Shown piece by piece: positions 61,659 to 64,000 of a stretch of DNA of 64,000 nucleotides. The notes under the pieces were generated by a model. It ran no database searches. It saw only the letters and a list, made by a program, of their open reading frames with translations, and had not been told where the DNA came from. The DNA lies in assembly GCF_039654945.1 (NCBI RefSeq), contig NW_027361676.1, positions 32,736,001 to 32,800,000 of the forward strand. Reading direction: 5' to 3'. The position numbers and the translations under genes were made by a program. Within the stretch, counting starts at the first letter, position 1, and each line of letters starts with the position of its first letter. This stretch comes from Dendrobates tinctorius. Lineage: Eukaryota.

Positions 61659-64000
61659 AAGCATGGGACACACCGCTGCAGCCACTACACTGGGTGACGT
61701 CAGGAAGCATGGGACACACCGCTGCAGCCACTACATTGGGTGACGTCAGGAAGCATGGGACACACCGCTACAGTCATTACATTGGGTGACGTCAGGAAGC
61801 ATGGGACACACCGCTACAGCCACTACATTGGGTGACGTCAGGAAGCATGGGACACACCGCTGCAGCCACTACGTCAGGAAGCATGGGACACACCGCTGCA
61901 GCAACTACATTGGGTGACGTCAGGAAGCATGGGACACGCCGCTGCAGCCACTACATTGGGTGACGTCAGGAAGCATGGGACACACCGCTGCAGCCACTAC
62001 ATTGGGTGACGTCAGGAAGCCTGGGACACACCGCTGCAGCCACTACATTGGGTGACGTCAGGAAGCCTGGGACACACCGCTGCAGCCACTACATTGGGTG
62101 ACGTCAGGAAGCCTGGAACACACCGCTGCAGCCACTACATTGGGTGACGTCAGGAAGCCTGGGACACACCGCTGCAGCCACTACATTGGGTGACATCAGG
62201 AAGCATGGGACACACCGCTGCAGCCACTACATTGGGTGACATCAGGAAGCATGGGACACACCGCTACAGCCACTACACTGGGTGACGTCAGGAAGCATGG
62301 GACACACCGCTACAGCCACTACACTGGGTGACGTCAGGAAGCATGGGACACACCGCTACAGCCACTACACTGGGTGACGTCAGGAAGCATGGGACACACC
62401 GCTACTGCCACTACACTGGGTGATGTCAGGAAGCATGGGACACACCGCTACAGCCACTACACTGGGTGACATCAGGAAGCATGGGACACACCGCTACAGC
62501 CACTACACTGGGTGACGTCAGGAAGCATGGGACACACCGCTACAGCCACTACACTGGGTGACGTCAGGAAGCATGGGACACACCGCTACTGCCACTACAC
62601 TGGGTGATGTCAGGAAGCATGGGACACACCGCTGCAGCCACTACACTGGGTGACGTCAGGAAGCATGGGACACACCGCTACAGCCACTACATTGGGTGAC
62701 GTCAGGAAGCATGGGACACACCGCTGCAGCCACTACATTGGGTGACGTCAGGAAGCATGGGACACACCGCTGCAGCCACTACACTGGGTGACGTCAGGAA
62801 GCATGGGACACACCGCTACAGCCACTACACTGGGTGACGTCAGGAAGCATGGGACACACCGCTGCAGCCACTACACTGGGTGACGTCAGGAAGCATGGGA
62901 CACACCGCTACAGCCACTACATTGGGTGACGTCAGGAAGCATGGGACACACCGCTGCAGCCACTACACTGGGTGACGTCAGGAAGCATGGGACACACCGC
63001 TGCAGCCACTACATTGGGTGACGTCAGGAAGCATGGGACACACCGCTACAGTCACTACATTGGGTGACGTCAGGAAGCATGGGACACACCGCTACAGCCA
63101 CTACATTGGGTGACGTCAGGAAGCATGGGACACACCGCTGCAGCCACTACGTCAGGAAGCATGGGACACACCGCTGCAGCAACTACATTGGGTGACGTCA
63201 GGAAGCATGGAACACGCCGCTGCAGCCACTACATTGGGTGACGTCAGGAAGCCTGGGACACGCCGCTGCAGCCACTACATTGGGTGACGTCAGGAAGCAT
63301 GGGACACACCGCTGCAGCCACTACATTGGGTGACGTCAGGAAGCATGGGACACACCGCTGCAGCCACTACATTGGGTGACGTCAGGAAGCATGGGACACA
63401 CCGCTGCAGCCACTACATTGGGTGACGTCAGGAAGCATGGGACACACCGCTGCAGCCACTACACTGGGTGACGTCAGGAAGCATGGGACACACCGCTGCA
63501 GCCACTACACTGGGTGATGTCAGGAAGCATGGGACACACCGCTACAGCCACTACACTGGGTGACGTCAGGAAGCATGGGACACACCGCTACAGCCACTAC
63601 ACTGGGTGACGTCAGGAAGCATGGGACACACCGCTGCAGCCACTACACTGGGTGACGTCAGGAAGCATGGGACACACCGCTGCAGCAACTACACTGGGTG
63701 ACGTCAGGAAGCCTGGGACACACCGCTGCAGCCACTACATTGGGTGACGTCAGGAAGCATGGGACACACCGCTACAGCCACTACATTGGGTGACGTCAGG
63801 AAGCATGGGACACACCGCTGCAGCCACTACACTGGGTGACGTCAGGAAGCATGGGACACACCGCTGCAGCCACTACATTGGGTGACGTCAGGAAGCATGG
63901 GACACACCGCTACAGTCACTACATTGGGTGACGTCAGGAAGCATGGGACACACCGCTACAGCCACTACATTGGGTGACGTCAGGAAGCATGGGACACACC
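61659..64000. repeat. 46-bp minisatellite, about 51 units, running off the window
   Basis: Unit GGGACACACCGCT(G/A)CAGCCACTACA(T/C)TGGGTGACGTCAGGAAGCAT; 36-bp deleted units at ~61861 and ~63139. Confidence 0.98.

Noticed and set aside
61659-64000. CRISPR-like array
   Set aside because: Contiguous tandem units without unique spacers, no cas genes, vertebrate context.

Overview
Vertebrate genomic DNA, most likely an anuran (frog) judging by its repeat families, from a scaffold with four N-gaps (165-751, 2876-3855, 11999-12141, 43667-43800). The only host gene I can recognise is naf1 (H/ACA RNP assembly factor) on the minus strand. Two of its coding exons (54326-54771 and 11528-11663) splice in frame across a 42.7-kb intron, so most of the window is naf1 intron. 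The rest is largely nested transposable elements: an RTEX-like LINE, CR1 and L2 LINEs, a V-SINE, two decayed DIRS retrotransposons, Neptune-type Penelope elements, a DD34E Tc1, an uninterrupted DD36E (Incomer-type) Tc1, a spliced hAT transposon, a non-autonomous Helentron-like element and many Harbinger, Kolobok/T2, piggyBac, hAT and Tc1 MITEs. A ~4.3-kb near-identical tandem duplication lies at 22955-31816. The top finding is a set of small non-coding fold-back insertions with long TSDs carrying hammerhead-ribozyme motifs. The best one (13244-13926) consists of two inverted, circularly permuted copies of a 352-nt retrozyme-like monomer, which points to a circular or multimeric RNA template. 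Also notable is a 46-bp minisatellite (61659-64000), upstream of the first naf1 coding exon, whose unit packs ETS, CRE, CCAAT and ACTACA promoter motifs. All calls were made by eye; family names rest on recalled motif knowledge, not database searches.
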